A stretch of DNA of 63,790 nt, filler included, from Octopus bimaculoides (GCF_001194135.2; 9 parts of 7 records of this genome joined end to end with filler, not necessarily neighbours in it); one strand, 5' to 3'. Positions 1-13,382 are shown, counted from the whole stretch's first letter. Notes: generated by a model from the sequence alone, not told the origin. Numbers and translations are program-made.

Positions 1-196
1 GTATCGTCTGCGTAGCTTGTAAGAGTGGCTATCCGGGCACTTGAAGGCATATCTGAGAGAGCGACTATAAAAAGCAATGGTCCCAAGACAGTGCCCTGTG
101 GAACACCGCTCATTATTTGTGTTTTCATAGAGGTGGCTCCATTAGCCACTACTGCCTGACTTCTATCTTTCAGAAAGCCATGTAACCACTCTCCAA
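1..196 (-). mobile_element. Non-LTR retrotransposon RT fragment (CR1/L2/Jockey group), cut by window edge
   Basis: Minus-strand translation GEWLHGFLKDRSQAVVANGATSMKTQIMSGVPQGTVLGPLLFIVALSDMPSSARIATLTSYADDT contains the GVPQGxVLGPLLF and YADD RT motifs. Confidence 0.85.
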
Positions 197-216
197 CATA
201 TATACTCATACATATA

Positions 217-583
217 CAGGGTGTGGTGAACAAACTGTCGTCTAAATTACACGAAAATGAAAATAACACTAACATCTCATTTTAACAGATAAATTTACCA
301 AAATTACATAAAAATATCTTGAAATACTAAAGGGTAAATTTATTCAATAAAATCGCCATTGGCTTCGACTACAGCCTCCAGACAAGTTCGGAATCTCCTG
401 CAACTATTCTGGACGATCTCTTTGTTTAAGTTGGAGAATGCTGTCATAATCCCTGCCTTCAGTTCATCTTTAGTGTTATAAGGAGTTTTATTGGTCTCTT
501 GCTCAACTGCACCCCACACGTAATAAAGGGGGTTGCAGTCTGAGGAGTCAGGTGGCCAGACGTTAGGGGTGATGTGGTTGCAG
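217..583 (-). mobile_element. Tc1/mariner DD37D (maT-like) 3' end fragment
   Basis: TA + CAGGGTG terminus at 215-223. Minus translation VWPPDSSDCNP...YYVWGAVEQETNKTPYNTKDELKAGIMTAFSNLNKEIVQNSCRRFRTCLEAVVEANGDFIE* (stop 340-342) matches a WPPxSPDxNPLDY-type C-terminus. Confidence 0.75.
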
Positions 584-906
584 TTAAAGATGTAGTTTAG
601 AAGTAGTGCTACACTTCCAAGTGTAGTCTATTCTTATCTACAATAGCGGCAACATGAATTTCTCCCATCTTCTTGCTCTGTTAAAGTATTTGAGTAAAAT
701 TATATTACTGTGTCCAACTGGTTAAAATTCTATTTATTTATGCAGCTGAGGATAGCCCTGCATTTCAATTGATGTAATGATTGCATTGTTCAATGAAATG
801 GAGTTGCTTGAAATGGATTGTACTGCATCACTTCTTGATATCCTGTTGCTTATTTTGATTATATTTGTATAAACAGATATTTACGTATATAAATACGCAT
901 TTCTGT

Positions 907-942
<36 letters not shown>

Positions 943-1620
943 ATGTATAAGATGGAAATATAAGTTGTAACATCACCGGCAGGATTCAAACACTGCTTCT
1001 ACTCTAAACCGTAAAGCTGTGCCATTTGTATGTATGAGTGGATGGATGGGCGGATTGATGAGGGTGCATGTGTGTGTGTGTATGTGTGTGTGTGTGTCTA
1101 CATATATATATGTGAAAATTTGATAAGACAGATTCACGAAAAAATATTCTTCATTCTTTCTTCCATTTAATAAATAATTGTAATCTGTGTGAATGTGTGT
1201 GCATGAGAGAGAAAGAAAGGTATGGAATGGCGAAGGAGTGTGTTAGCATGAAAGAGTCAAGAGATAAACAGAAAAGCAAACTCTATAAGTGTGGGGTGGG
1301 GCCAGTCCAAGAAGGCAACAGTAATGCTTGATAGCCAGGCTACATTATAAGCTTTCTGTATTCAACAAACACACATACATACATGCATACACAGGCATAC
1401 ACACATACTATTATCATGTATACAACCAAGCAATAGAGAAAAATCTGTTTACTCTGAGATCATTTGGCTGATTTTCAAACTAGCATTTCTGGCAGTCAGG
1501 AGGAATTCTACAGGAATTTCTTTTTCATTTTTCTTTCTTTTTTCGTTTTTTTTTTTACATTTGTAATAATATTTGTCACTTTTTCAATTTGCTCATCTTG
1601 CATTATTTTCTTTCCTAATT

Positions 1621-1655
<35 letters not shown>

Positions 1656-1659
1656 GTCA

Positions 1660-1940
1660 TTGATTTGACTCTGGCTCATTCTTATTCCTGGCAGAATTCA
1701 TGTGGGTTGCAGGTTACTACCTGTAACCTTAGATATCCACGATCTTTCAATAGTCTTTCAAGTGCTTAAGATTGTCCTCCTGATAATCTTTCCTGTCAAT
1801 GAAAGACAAACTTTCTGTAGAAGTTCTACAGAGCATTCTATTCCAGTCTCTGTCAACCATTTGTCTACATCTTTGGTTACTGTTCCCAATGCACCAATTA
1901 TTATAAACCCAACCTTTACACTTTACATGTTTCAAATTCT
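1660..1940 (-). mobile_element. R4/Dong-like non-LTR element, RLE C-terminus and 3' end
   Basis: Minus translation IIIGALGTVTKDVDKWLTETGIECSVELLQKVCL...IIRR; 3' end abuts an (ATT)n/(TAA)n run at 1623-1655. Confidence 0.65.
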
Positions 1941-2039
1941 TGCAATTTTGAATTTTAAGGGACTGTATTATTTTTGTTTTACGCCTTCTGTCTTTAAGAT
2001 CCTAGAATCAAACAAACATGATCAATCAATTAATATGCA

Positions 2040-2365
2040 ACTTTACTTTTCCTTGTCTATTATTACAGCTATCATTTTCCAATGTTTTCTGCAAGGGCTC
2101 CACCTTATTGCAGCCCCAATTTGATCCATATACTTCTCGAGATTTTTACTCCTTGTTCCCAAGGATCCGATAATTATTGGTACTACCACCTTTTTCATCG
2201 GCTACAACTGCTTAACCTCCCAAGCTAACCTGTCTTATCTATCGACTTTTCTTTCTTCCTTATCGCATACTTTGTTGTCAGCTGGGCATGCTATATCTAT
2301 TATCCAGCATAGTTTCCTTTCTTTCTCAACTAACACTGTGTTTGGTTTCCTATTCTCTATCTCAT
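2040..2365 (-). mobile_element. Second R4/Dong-like RLE fragment
   Basis: Minus translation EIENRKPNTVLVEKERKLCWIIDIACPADNKVCDKEERKVDR*DRLAWEVKQL*PMKKVVVPIIIGSLGT...NLEKYMDQIGAAI is a degenerate PD-(D/E)xK restriction-like endonuclease. Confidence 0.75.
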
Positions 2366-2394
2366 TTTCGTTTTTTAAACTTCAGATTATATTT

Positions 2395-2560
2395 TTAACC
2401 ATTTAGCATTGAAACTGGTCATATCCAATCCAAATAGTCTTCATGTTTTATGTTCAAACTGGCCAGATCTGACCTCTTACACGTACCCAGCAATGTCATT
2501 CTAAACATAAACAATCACATCGTTGAAATATTGAAGCTACAAAATAATGTATGATTAATT
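2395..2560. mobile_element. piggyBac-like non-autonomous element end (homologous ends at about 15000-15140 and 22560-22677)
   Basis: TTAA + CCATTTAGCATT terminus here; the reverse-oriented copy ends in ...GGG TTAA at 22671-22677; copies share the gtttgaacataa/ggccagat motifs. Confidence 0.5.
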
Positions 2561-3014
2561 CAAAATGATGTATGATTAATTCAAAATGATTAATTCAAAA
2601 TGATGTTAATAAATAAATCATTGCCTTTGTCAGAGTAATTGGAATTTTAAGGCGTCAAATTGGAAGAGTCATTGAAGTGATGGCTAGAATGCCTAGCAAT
2701 GGTTATTCTGGTTCTCTGTGCTCTGAGTTCAAACCTCACTAAAGTCACCTTTACCTTTCATTCTTTGAGGGATCAATAAAAAAGAAAAGTACCAACCAAG
2801 GTAGGGGATTGATAGAACGGTTAGAGGGTTGGGCGAGACACAGTATCTGTTCCAGCCCCTTGCCTAATGACACTATTGCCAAGCTGTATTGGTCCAAGTT
2901 GTTGACTTTTCTCTTGGATAAACACTGGTACCATGGAAAAAGGAGATTTGCAGGTGTGTCTCCATTCTGCATGTCATCAGGGAAAAGGGAGAGAAACGTG
3001 CCAGCGTCACCATC

Positions 3015-3400
3015 TTTTGTTGTCTTCCTCAGTCATTGGATTGCAGCCATGCTGGGGCTTTGCTTTGCAGTGTTTTAGTTGAACACATCAATCCCACTAC
3101 TTATTCTCTTTATATCTCTTACATATTCTATTGATCTCTTTTGCTGAACTGCAAAGTTGTGGAGTTGTAAATAAGCCATTACCAGTTGATAGGTTAAGCA
3201 CAGACACGCACACACATACATGTGTGTGTGTGTCTGTGCGCTTAATATGGGCTTCTGCATCGTTTTCATCCCCTCAAATTCACTCACATGGCATTGGTCA
3301 TCCCAGGGCATAAGTAGGAGACATTTGCCATGCAGTGGGATGGGACCTGAAACCATTTGGTCACAAAGTGAGCTTCCCAACCAGACTACATCCATGCCTG
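3015..3400 (-). mobile_element. tRNA-derived CORE-type SINE (family A, internal microsatellite), diverged copy
   Basis: Aligns by eye with the young copy at 25446-25885, including an internal (CA/GT)n spacer. Confidence 0.7.
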
Positions 3401-4465
3401 CACCTGATCAGCATCGATCTTTGGATGCCCTTTAAATCTTCTAATTCTAAAAATCTGCTGCACATCTAGACATCCCTTAACCAACACAGGAGATGCCCCC
3501 CCCCCCCGGGTCGTCTAGATCTTCACTACTTACAGTAGCCATGTCTTTACTGAGAGCATTTGTTGTGTAAGTAAAAGCAAATGAAAAGCCGTTTCAATTA
3601 GCCGAAGGCTTACTTCCTCTAATATGAAGCTTGACACCAAAGATAGAAACTGACAAAGATCGTAATACATGGCTTCATTGTCATCACTTTATTGTTATGC
3701 AATTACGAACGAAAGAATGTGAATTCATGTCAGTCGATTCATTTCCTTTAGCAAACATTTTCTTTCATTTTATACATTTTCTTTCATTGATTCTGAAGTC
3801 ACTGTTCTTCTTTTGTTATCGTTCTTCAACTCATTCAATGAAGATTGGCAAAAGTGAAAGAAACAAGAGAAGAAAAAACTATGATTATCTTTGAATAGTT
3901 TCATGTGAGTTTCCACTTCACCTCCAGGAGCACCCCTGTATTCCCAAAGCCTCTGTGTGTGTGTGCGTGTGTGTGTGTGCATATGCTTAAGTGCAGTATT
4001 GTCATTGAGGGATTGGTAAAATCCTGGACAAAATACCTCATAGTGTTTAGGTTTAGTAATGATCCCTTTATCTTGCTCTTTATGTTCTGGTTTCAAATCC
4101 TTCTCAACTTTGCCTTTCATCCTCTCATGGGTCAATGCAATTAACTTCTATTCCATAGCAAAAATGTTAGAGTATGTCTTGCTATATTTGTTCTTTCTCT
4201 TTATGTTCTGAGTTCAAATCCTGCCAAACTTCACTTGATCTTTCGTTCTTGAAGGATTATTATTGTTAGTTTTTGGACGAGTGCTGGGCAAAATGTCTTG
4301 AGGAAGAATTTCTTCTGGTTCTTTATGCTAAAAGTTTAAATCCTGCCATAGTCAACTTCCCTCATCATCTTTCTGGAGTCAAAGAAATGAACAATGATTC
4401 TAGGACAGAGTCAATAGCATCAACTAACCCTCTCGCTTAAAATTGCTCATCCTATACCTATGTGT

Positions 4466-4915
4466 GATATTATTATTATTATTATTATTGAGTGGGAGAG
4501 CAGCACATGCCATCAAAATGACACTGGGGAAAAATATACAAAGCCCAGCATACTCAACATAACTACCCGGCTGATAAGGTTACACTAGGCACAGGCATCA
4601 CAACCATATGTGGGCGACCTGGTGATCTCAAACGAAAATAAATGGTGCATGAGCTTGCAGGTGGGGCCCAGTTAGAATTTTCTTCAGATTAAGTAACCCA
4701 TCCCACTCATAAGGTCCTTGAATAAGGGGTGTTGAAGCATGTTGAACGAAATGCCCATGTTTCCAAAGGTGAATTATCCAAACCCCAAAGAATTCCTCTC
4801 AACACATGCCTATGATGTTCCCCCACTACTTCTGCTCATGATCAGAGATGCACATATCGTCAGCCACTATGGGTCATACTTGGCTAGTTATGGTCAAAAT
4901 AAGTAACAGGAATAC
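4466..4915 (-). mobile_element. 5'-truncated (TAA)n-tailed retroposon, same family as 27118-27795
   Basis: About 430 bp of similarity to 27137-27600 (gcatgccatcaaa..gacactgg, gcaggtggggccc..cagttagaattttcttcag, gatcagagatgcacatatc) with an (ATT)n tail. Confidence 0.8.
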
Positions 4916-5084
4916 ACTGGGGTTTACTTAATAGTTTACAGTTCTCCTCTTGGACAACCCTTTAGAACACAAACTCTGGTTACACCCCAAAATGGTAACC
5001 AGAGTAAAATCTTAAATCTGAGGAAATAGCATTTAATTCTGGGTTCAAATCATGTCTGGAATAGGATAATTTTTCATCTCTTGA

Positions 5085-5426
5085 GAGATGGTGATGGTGA
5101 TGGTGATGGTGATGGTAGTGGCAGTGATGACGGTGTGGGTGAGGTGTGAGGGTGGTGGTAAGGGTGAGGATGGGAGCGATGGTGGGGAATGTGATGATTA
5201 TGGTGATAATGATGATCCTGAAGATAAATGGATGATCATCAGATCTTGGTCATCATGAAAGTGATGACAATGAATAATATGATGATGACGATGGTAAATA
5301 ATAACATAATAATAACGTTGATGATCATGATAGTGATTACAACAATAATTAACAATATGATGATGATAAGAATGACAACTTACAAGGTTGATAATGAGAA
5401 TTTGCTAATGCTGGTATTGCTGCTGC

Positions 5427-5464
<38 letters not shown>

Positions 5465-5585
5465 CAATGTAAAGATTAATAAGATGATGACAAGCATGAT
5501 GGTGGTGATGACAACGATGAGGACATTGATATTAATGATGGTGATGATTAATATGATGACCGTGATTAATGAATGATGATGATAA
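5085..5585. repeat. Degenerate (GAT/GGT/AAT)n trinucleotide low-complexity tract
   Basis: Directly visible; source of the spurious poly-M and poly-H ORFs. Confidence 0.9.
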
Positions 5586-7584
5586 GGCATCTCTAACAAG
5601 AGTTGGCTCTGTGCCTAACGAGGAACTCAACATTGAAGGGAAATGAAAGAAAATAATGAGGGAAGATTTTTTTTCTTTTTAGGGATGGGGACAGAGAGAA
5701 GGTGAAGAGAAGGAGAGATGAGTTGTCTCAATGAAAATAGTTGATTGAATGGACCCCAGTATGCGAGTGGTACTAAAGTATTCTATTGACCTTGGGAGGA
5801 TGACCCATGCAGGATGTAGTAATTAGATGTAACAAGTTTATGAGTGCAGCCAAAAAGGAGATTTCCATTATTAAAATTAATCCATGATTGGTTGGGGGAA
5901 AATAATAATCACCACCATTTTAACTTTCCTTAATTGCAATCGTCAGGCAGAATTTGTTGCAGCAAATTTTCTATGGTTGAATGCTTGTCTTGTGGCCAAT
6001 GCTCACCTGTCTCCAAGTCAGGTAATATTTTTCCATGACTGAATAACCCTTTTTTTTTTTCAAGTAAGGGATCTCTTATTTCACACATCTTCCATAGCAT
6101 AAAGTGGGCACATGATTTACTGCTAAGAGGAGTGACTTCAACAACAAGAACAACACTGCTAATGGTGAACAATATTCAAGGAACACAAATGAAAAACAAA
6201 CACATAGACACACACTCACACATGTACATACACACATATATGAAGGTGTGTGTGTGTGTGTGTAGGATGTCCAATGGGACATCCTAGAGTATACCAAACA
6301 CTGAGTGATCAACACAATGTGTGCTCTGGACCAGTTTCTAAGCACTAAATACTCATCGGGGTGGTTTCCCCTCTCTACACACCCTGAATATTTTACTGGA
6401 TGCACTTCAGGACCCAGGGTACTTATTTAACTAAAAGTGGTGCTTGCAGGTTAATTCAACCCAACCCGATGCATATCTTTTAAGTAACCGATTCTCTCCA
6501 GAATGCTCAATATTGTGTGTGTGTGTGTTTATAATTGATTTATTTTAGTTTCTGCTTCGTAAATTCACTCAGAAGGCTTTAGGCAGCATGGGGCTCTATT
6601 AAAAGACACTTTCCTAAAGTGCCACACAGTGAGATTGAACCTAAAACTATCTGGTTAAGAGGCATGAATCCCCAGTATTATCAATGTGGCTATAGTTATG
6701 TAAATACTGAAGACATTTTGTCCAAAAGTCAAACATTCTAGTCAATCCCCTGCAGTTCAGGAAATATCTCTGCAAGGGGAGTTTCAAAACTACATTAATC
6801 CTTTTTGATAGGAACCCACCTAAATTTACCCTTGGATCCTTTCTATAAATTTCATGATTTAAAATTATCGGAATTAAAATCTTCTATCAAAATTCTTTGT
6901 AAATTTCTGTTTCAAACACCAGCTAAATAAAGACAAAGTTACTTTGATAAATTCTTCATTGTTCTAAAAATGAATTAAAATAAAGGCAATGAACTTCTAC
7001 AGAAATTTGGGACCAAGAGGTTAAATTTTCTACCCTCGTCTTGCCCGAAATATGTGTCCTACTTAAACTATTTAAGGAGTCCCTGGTGTAGTTACTTAAC
7101 CCACTTGCAAGGCACTGAAATGGCACAATTGGTGGCACATCAGAAAGAATAGCTTGCACTATTCATTGTGGTTCCTTGCATTCTGGTTTCCAGTCCTGCT
7201 GAAGTCAGTGCTGCCCTTTTATCTTTCTGGGTCTGATAAAATAAAGAACCAGTTTAGAATAATGAGAACCATTAGAAGGTATGGCAAAGGTGACTTCTGC
7301 TTCCAAAATTTGTTTCATGTTTTTGCATTTTCTGAATTTAAATTATGTCATAACTTTCTTGGATGGTAGACTTCCCTGTTCATCTGGTTTACCACTTCTC
7401 ACCTGTTCGTTGGTGCCTTAAGTAAAAGAATCTCCTATAATACATGCAGGCCAGGCTTTTGTTGGAACCTACCTTCCTCCTTAGATCAAGCATCAGACGC
7501 CCTGAAAAGTATGGTGGGCATTGCATTTTCTCCTGACTAAAGAATAACGCAAAAGAAGTTGCAGCAAGCAAACCTCTTTTAGAG

Positions 7585-7950
7585 GAAGGTAGGGTCAGGT
7601 GTTCAGAAGTTCCCAACCCTGTGGTTTCAGGTTCAGTCCCACTGCATGGCACTTTGAACAAGTGTTTTCTACTATAGCCCCAAGCTTATCAATGCCTCAT
7701 GAGTGGATTTGGTTGGCAGAAACTGAAAGAAGCTTGTTGTATATGTGTGTGTATGTTTATAAGTGTGTGCATTTGTGCATACTTCCTTGTCTTGATGAAT
7801 ACCACTGTCATACCAGTGGTGCCATGCATTTCCAATATTCTATAAAAGCATGTCCAGTCGCAGTGAAATGTTACCTTGCTTGGAAACATGTAAGGGTTAG
7901 CATCAGTAAGTGATACCTGGCTGTAGGAAACCTACTTCAAGCACAGAAAA
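7585..7950 (+). mobile_element. CORE-type SINE head plus RTE-like 3' tail (composite SINE)
   Basis: Head ggttcagtcccactgcatggcactttgaacaagtg, internal GT-rich spacer, then tail gggttagcatcagtaagtgatacctggctgtaggaaac...atgatgatga resembling the RTE 3' end. Confidence 0.6.
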
Positions 7951-8663
7951 TGATGATGACAAGGGAAGTTAATCAGAAATATACAAAAAGACAAAATTTT
8001 GAAGGCTCTGAGTAAAAGATGAGACAGACGTAAAGGTAAAGGGGAGACGGATGTCAAAGTAAAGACGAGACGGACCTAACAACAGTGTGCTCTATTTTCA
8101 CTTTACAAGTCTGTACACACCAAGCAATATTCACTTCTCCTTCCATCCACATCAGCTAACCCTAACCCTAACCCGATGTCAATTTCCCTCCAAACTTTAT
8201 CTCAAAAAAAAATAAATTAAAATCTAGTCTTAGATAAGCTAGAGTGATTAATAGAAAACTAAATCCTTATCATTATTGATCCTAATCAATAATCAATAAC
8301 CTGTTAATAATCTGCTGAATAGTATCAAAATTCTTAAGAAATTAAAAATTAAAAAAAAGAGGCCATCAGTTTATTTTCCTCAACTTTCATAGAAAAAATT
8401 GTTAAATAAAAAAAAAATTAAGGAAAGATTTTCTTTTTATTTAATAAAGAAAAAATTAAGGAAAAGAAAAAATTAAGGAACAATAGCAAAAGAATAAGAA
8501 AATGGAAAATAAGATTTTCTGTAACAAATGTATTTATCACAATATGGTAATTTGACTTCCATTATCTGAGTTTTCATCACAAATGAAACATGAAACCAAA
8601 AGAAGTTGTTCTATTTTCTCTCAAACATAAAAGAGTGAACTCATTTTAACTGTTAGACATATA

Positions 8664-8900
8664 TCATCATCATCATCATCATCATCGTCATCATCGTCAT
8701 CATCATCATCATCTTTATTTAACTTGTTTTCCAACGTTGGCATGAGTTGAACAGTTCAACAGGAGTTGATAAACTAAAGAATGCACCAATCCCCAATATC
8801 TTCTTTGGGGTGGTTCCTATGGTCGGATGCCTTTCCTAATGCAACACACAGAGTGTGTATTGGGTGCTTTTTTTATGTAGTCCTGGCACTAATGAGGTTA
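8664..8900 (-). mobile_element. RTE LINE 3'-tail fragment with (TGA)n tail
   Basis: (TCA)n followed by ...ggatgcctttcctaatgcaac, matching the 3' end of the RTE copies at 30301 and 37191. Confidence 0.7.
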
Positions 8901-10065
8901 TTGAATATCTCACAAGAGTCTTTGACTGAGAGGGTGGAGGGTGGTATTGAAGGGGGTGGCTTTATACCAGGTGATGAGATGTTAAAGTATGATAGGAGGC
9001 CATGAATAGGTGTAGGGGAGATATATGGTCACCCCAGTTGGAAGAGAAGGATGGTGGTGAAGGTGTGTCAAGGTATACCTATACCATGTAATACCCAAGA
9101 AGACAACAGGGTGGAGAATGGGGTGGAAATCTGAAAAAACAAATATTGAAAATGTATATGAAATCATCATCATCATCATCATCATACATTCCTGAGAGAG
9201 AGAGAGAGGTTAGGGTTAGTGGTGGGGGAAGAGAGATTAATTTGGTAGCAGAAGGTGGTTGGGGATGGTTTGAGCAGGAGATTGGGTGAATGACCTATTT
9301 GTACAAATATATAAATATATGAAATATAATATTTCTAAATCTATGAATAAATAGTTTAATAAGTAAATAAATCAATGAAAAAATAATGAGTAATTAAAAG
9401 TCAATAAGTCTTATTATAATAAGATTTGTGGATTAGCAGAATTGTTGGAGCATCTGACAAAATGTAGCACTTGCTCTGGTTCTTTAAGTTCAAATCCCAC
9501 CATGGCCAACTTTGCTTGTTTGTTTGTGTGTATGAAAGCCCCTTTCAGTTCCCAGCTAATTTACCGGTTTGAGAACATCATTATAGCTGCAAAAATTTAT
9601 TAACTGCAGAGTTATTTCCGGCCTTAGTGCGCCAGATTGAAGACGTTTGAAGGGATACACTGAATGTAATTTGTAGAACTCTACATGTGCTCCATTTCGG
9701 GTGGACATCTTATGTCTAGTTCTGGAAATTATATTTTTAAATCGACAGACTACGCTGATGATCCTGCAGATATTTACTTACGTAAATTTTAACAGGTGAA
9801 ACCATAGTACGTAGGTTAATCGTTTTTTTTTATTTAGTATTTTTTCATTTGTCTTGCCCTTTTACAGTCTGTTGTGTCGCTAATTTTTTACTGAGAACAT
9901 ATTTCTTCGTGGTTAGATGATTTGGCATCTATTTCTAGCATATAGGAGTCCACTTTTGCTGGTCATTCTTCTTATTTTTGTATGTAATATAATTTTAATC
10001 TTCGGATTTTTTTAATATGCTAGACCACTGGTTTTAATTGATTAATATCAATTTATACCCTCATT

Positions 10066-10165
10066 NNNNNNNNNNNNNNNNNNNNNNNNNNNNNNNNNNN
10101 NNNNNNNNNTTAATTAATTAANNNNNNNNNNNNNNNNNNNNNNNNNNNNNNNNNNNNNNNNNNNN
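10066..10165. other. Assembly gap marker (44 N + TTAATTAATTAA + 44 N)
   Basis: Identical 100-bp construct at 28528, 41156, 45923, 50461, 58554, 60047 and 62687; artificial linker with stops in all frames. Confidence 0.95.
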
Positions 10166-10175
10166 TATATATATG

Positions 10176-10239
<64 letters not shown>

Positions 10240-10243
10240 TATA

Positions 10244-10440
10244 TCATCATTATTAAGCATCTGTTTCCCATGCTGGCATGGGTTAAATGGTTTGACTAGA
10301 TTTGGTAAGCTGGAGAGCTGTACCAGGCTTCAGTCTGATTTTGGCTCGTTTTCTACAGCTGGATGCCCTTCCTAATGCCCACCACTCTACGAGTGTATTG
10401 GATGCCTTTGTATGTGTCACTGGCATAGGTACCTTTTATG
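10244..10440 (-). mobile_element. RTE LINE 3'-tail fragment
   Basis: tttctacagctggatgcccttcctaatgcc motif shared with 37310-37340. Confidence 0.75.
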
Positions 10441-10819
10441 TGTACTCATATGTATATATACACATGTATACCCATATATACATGTATCTGTATGTATTAT
10501 CGCCCCTACACGTGCAGGTATATATACCTTGTATACATACATTCACACATACACATATACACACACATACACACACGCATCCTAAATAATGGATCTATAG
10601 ATGCAATATCTATACATATCTCACATCTATTTTCATTCCTCCACTTCACTCTCTATTTCATATGTTATCTAAATTAACTATTGCTTAACTATTTTCTCAC
10701 ACCGTCTCCAATGAAGGGATATATAAAATATCCTGGAAACAGCTGTAAGACCTTTATTTATAAATGTTCTAAAATCTTTCATGGCTTTGGATTTTTATCT
10801 CATTCTGAAAAAAAAAATT

Positions 10820-10869
<50 letters not shown>

Positions 10870-10873
<4 letters not shown>

Positions 10874-12147
10874 GTTGAGTAAAAAGTAAGCAACGTTTTG
10901 AACCATGAAAAATTTATACCGGATTTTTGCAGAGTTTTGAATGTTTTAACAACATTCTTTTGCAACTGTCTAATAATACAGACATAGACTTTCGCAAATG
11001 CATCAATAAATTAACATTAATATTTCTTTTTTGCTGTTGTTACGATCATCTGAAATGGAACTGTCAAAGTGTAATATTCAAGCAATTTTGCTATTCAACT
11101 TCAAAAAAAGACAAAGCAGCTGAAACTGCTCACGATATCAACAAAACGTTTGGTGAGGGAATGACCAGTGAATAGTCAGCTCAAAAATGGTTTAAATGAT
11201 TTTGCACTGGAGACTTGTTCCTTGAAGATTGTGAGCATAGTGGACGCCCATCTATCATCAATGATGGTCAATTAAAGACTGTCATTGAGACAGAGCCACG
11301 TAAAACCACCCAAGAACTGGTAAAAGAACTTCAAGTTAGCTAGAAAACTGCCTGCAACCATTTGCATGCAATCAGAAAATCAAATAAGCTCAACAAATGG
11401 GTACCACATGATTTGAATGAAAATCAGAAAATGCACAGATATGAAATTTTTTTGCTGCTTCTCCGTAATCAGACTAATCCGTTTCTTGACCATATTGTAA
11501 CTTGCGATGGAAAGTGGATTCTGTACAATGATAAAAAAACGTTCTTCACAGTTGTGGACCAAAACGAAGCACTGAAAACCTTCCCTAAACCCAAGCTTTT
11601 CAAAAAGAAGATTATGGTGACTGTTTGGTTGTGTGCTGCTGGACTCATCCACTATCACTTCTTAAAACCCAGAAAAACCATTACTGCAGAAACATATTGC
11701 CATGAAATTGCCAAAATGAATGAAAAATTGTGACTCCTCCATCCCAGACTGGTCAACAGAAAAGGGCCAATCATTCTTCTCGAAAAATGCTCGACTACAC
11801 ATTTCACTAATGACACTCCAGAAGTTGAGGGAACTTGGCTACGAAGATTTTCCCCATCCAGCTTATTCCCTAGATCTTTCTCCAACGATATCGCTTTTTC
11901 AAGCACCTTGATGGTTTCCTGTGAGAGAAGGAGTTCACAAATCAAACCAATGCTGAAAGTGCATTCAAAGAGTTCATCAGCTCCAGAATTCCAGATTTTT
12001 CTGATACCAGAATAAACAGACTTGTAACTCATTGGCAAAAATGTATTGATTGTAATGGTACTTACTTTGATGAATAAAACTTCCGCATTGTTGAAATATA
12101 TACATGTTTCATGTTTCAAAACATTGCTTATTTTTTACTCAGCCTGA
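10870..12147 (+). mobile_element. Full-length decayed mariner (DD34D) transposon
   Basis: 33-bp TIRs with 3 mismatches (10870-10902 and 12115-12147), TA at the left end, 1278 bp long. Confidence 0.92.
11055..12077 (+). pseudogene. mariner transposase pseudogene (frameshifts and stops)
   Basis: MELSKCNIQAILLFNF..., WVPHDL, IVTCDGKWILY, FPHPAYSLDLSP, WQKCIDCNGTYFDE*; second and third catalytic Asp motifs damaged. Confidence 0.9.
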
Positions 12148-12148
12148 C

Positions 12149-12184
<36 letters not shown>

Positions 12185-12783
12185 NNNNNNNNNNNNNNNN
12201 NNNNNNNNNNNNNNNNNNNNNNNNNNNNNNNNNNNNNNNNNNNNNNNNNNNNNNNNNNNNNNNNNNNNNNNNNNNNNNNNNNNNNNNNNNNNNNNNNNNN
12301 NNNNNNNNNNNNNNNNNNNNNNNNNNNNNNNNNNNNNNNNNNNNNNNNNNNNNNNNNNNNNNNNNNNNNNNNNNNNNNNNNNNNNNNNNNNNNNNNNNNN
12401 NNNNNNNNNNNNNNNNNNNNNNNNNNNNNNNNNNNNNNNNNNNNNNNNNNNNNNNNNNNNNNNNNNNNNNNNNNNNNNNNNNNNNNNNNNNNNNNNNNNN
12501 NNNNNNNNNNNNNNNNNNNNNNNNNNNNNNNNNNNNNNNNNNNNNNNNNNNNNNNNNNNNNNNNNNNNNNNNNNNNNNNNNNNNNNNNNNNNNNNNNNNN
12601 NNNNNNNNNNNNNNNNNNNNNNNNNNNNNNNNNNNNNNNNNNNNNNNNNNNNNNNNNNNNNNNNNNNNNNNNNNNNNNNNNNNNNNNNNNNNNNNNNNNN
12701 NNNNNNNNNNNNNNNNNNNNNNNNNNNNNNNNNNNNNNNNNNNNNNNNNNNNNNNNNNNNNNNNNNNNNNNNNNNNNNNNNNN

Positions 12784-12846
<63 letters not shown>

Positions 12847-13332
12847 AATGATCAGCACCATCATTATGGTCTAATGTTCACTTTTCAAAGCTTGCACACA
12901 GTGATGCTTATTTACAACCAACATATGATATCAAAACAAGGACACACACACACACACCATACACATTTACATTTCAGGATGGTCATTTTTCTTTTTCTTG
13001 CCAAATAGACACACACACTATATATTCATTCTTCACTCATTTATTATTGTTCTTATTTATTCTTATGTCCATTGTCTGGAAATCTTTCATCACACATCTG
13101 TGACCTCTTCATCAACCCTTCCATCCACGTGCTTCCTCCTGTTCTGTTTAGTCCATTCTCTCCCCCCTCTCTCTCTCTATATATATATATATATTCATTC
13201 TGTTGTCTGTAAAAAAAGTCTGCTTTTTGTGCTTTATGTTCCCGTTCCTTTTTGACGTCCTGTACATGTAGATGTAGGTATGTACATATATGTATGCATA
13301 CATGCATATGCTCATATATCATTTGTATTATT

Positions 13333-13382
<50 letters not shown>

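Noticed and set aside
5947-6021. 75-nt exon-like segment with AG/GT boundaries and an open frame (AEFVAANFLWLNACLVANAHLSPSQ)
   Set aside because: It is a decayed copy of the SINE/RTE tail, the reverse complement of the motif near 7870-7925.
8156-8177. Short (TAACCC)3 interstitial telomere-like run
   Set aside because: Too short and without context to interpret.
10110-10121. Recurrent TTAATTAATTAA palindrome (8 copies)
   Set aside because: Always centred in exactly 44 N + 12 + 44 N; an assembly linker, not biology.
12104-13008. Long ORFs spanning N runs and CV/YI/HT-repeat ORFs (also 51921-53091 and 54425-57505)
   Set aside because: Artefacts of gaps and dinucleotide microsatellites.
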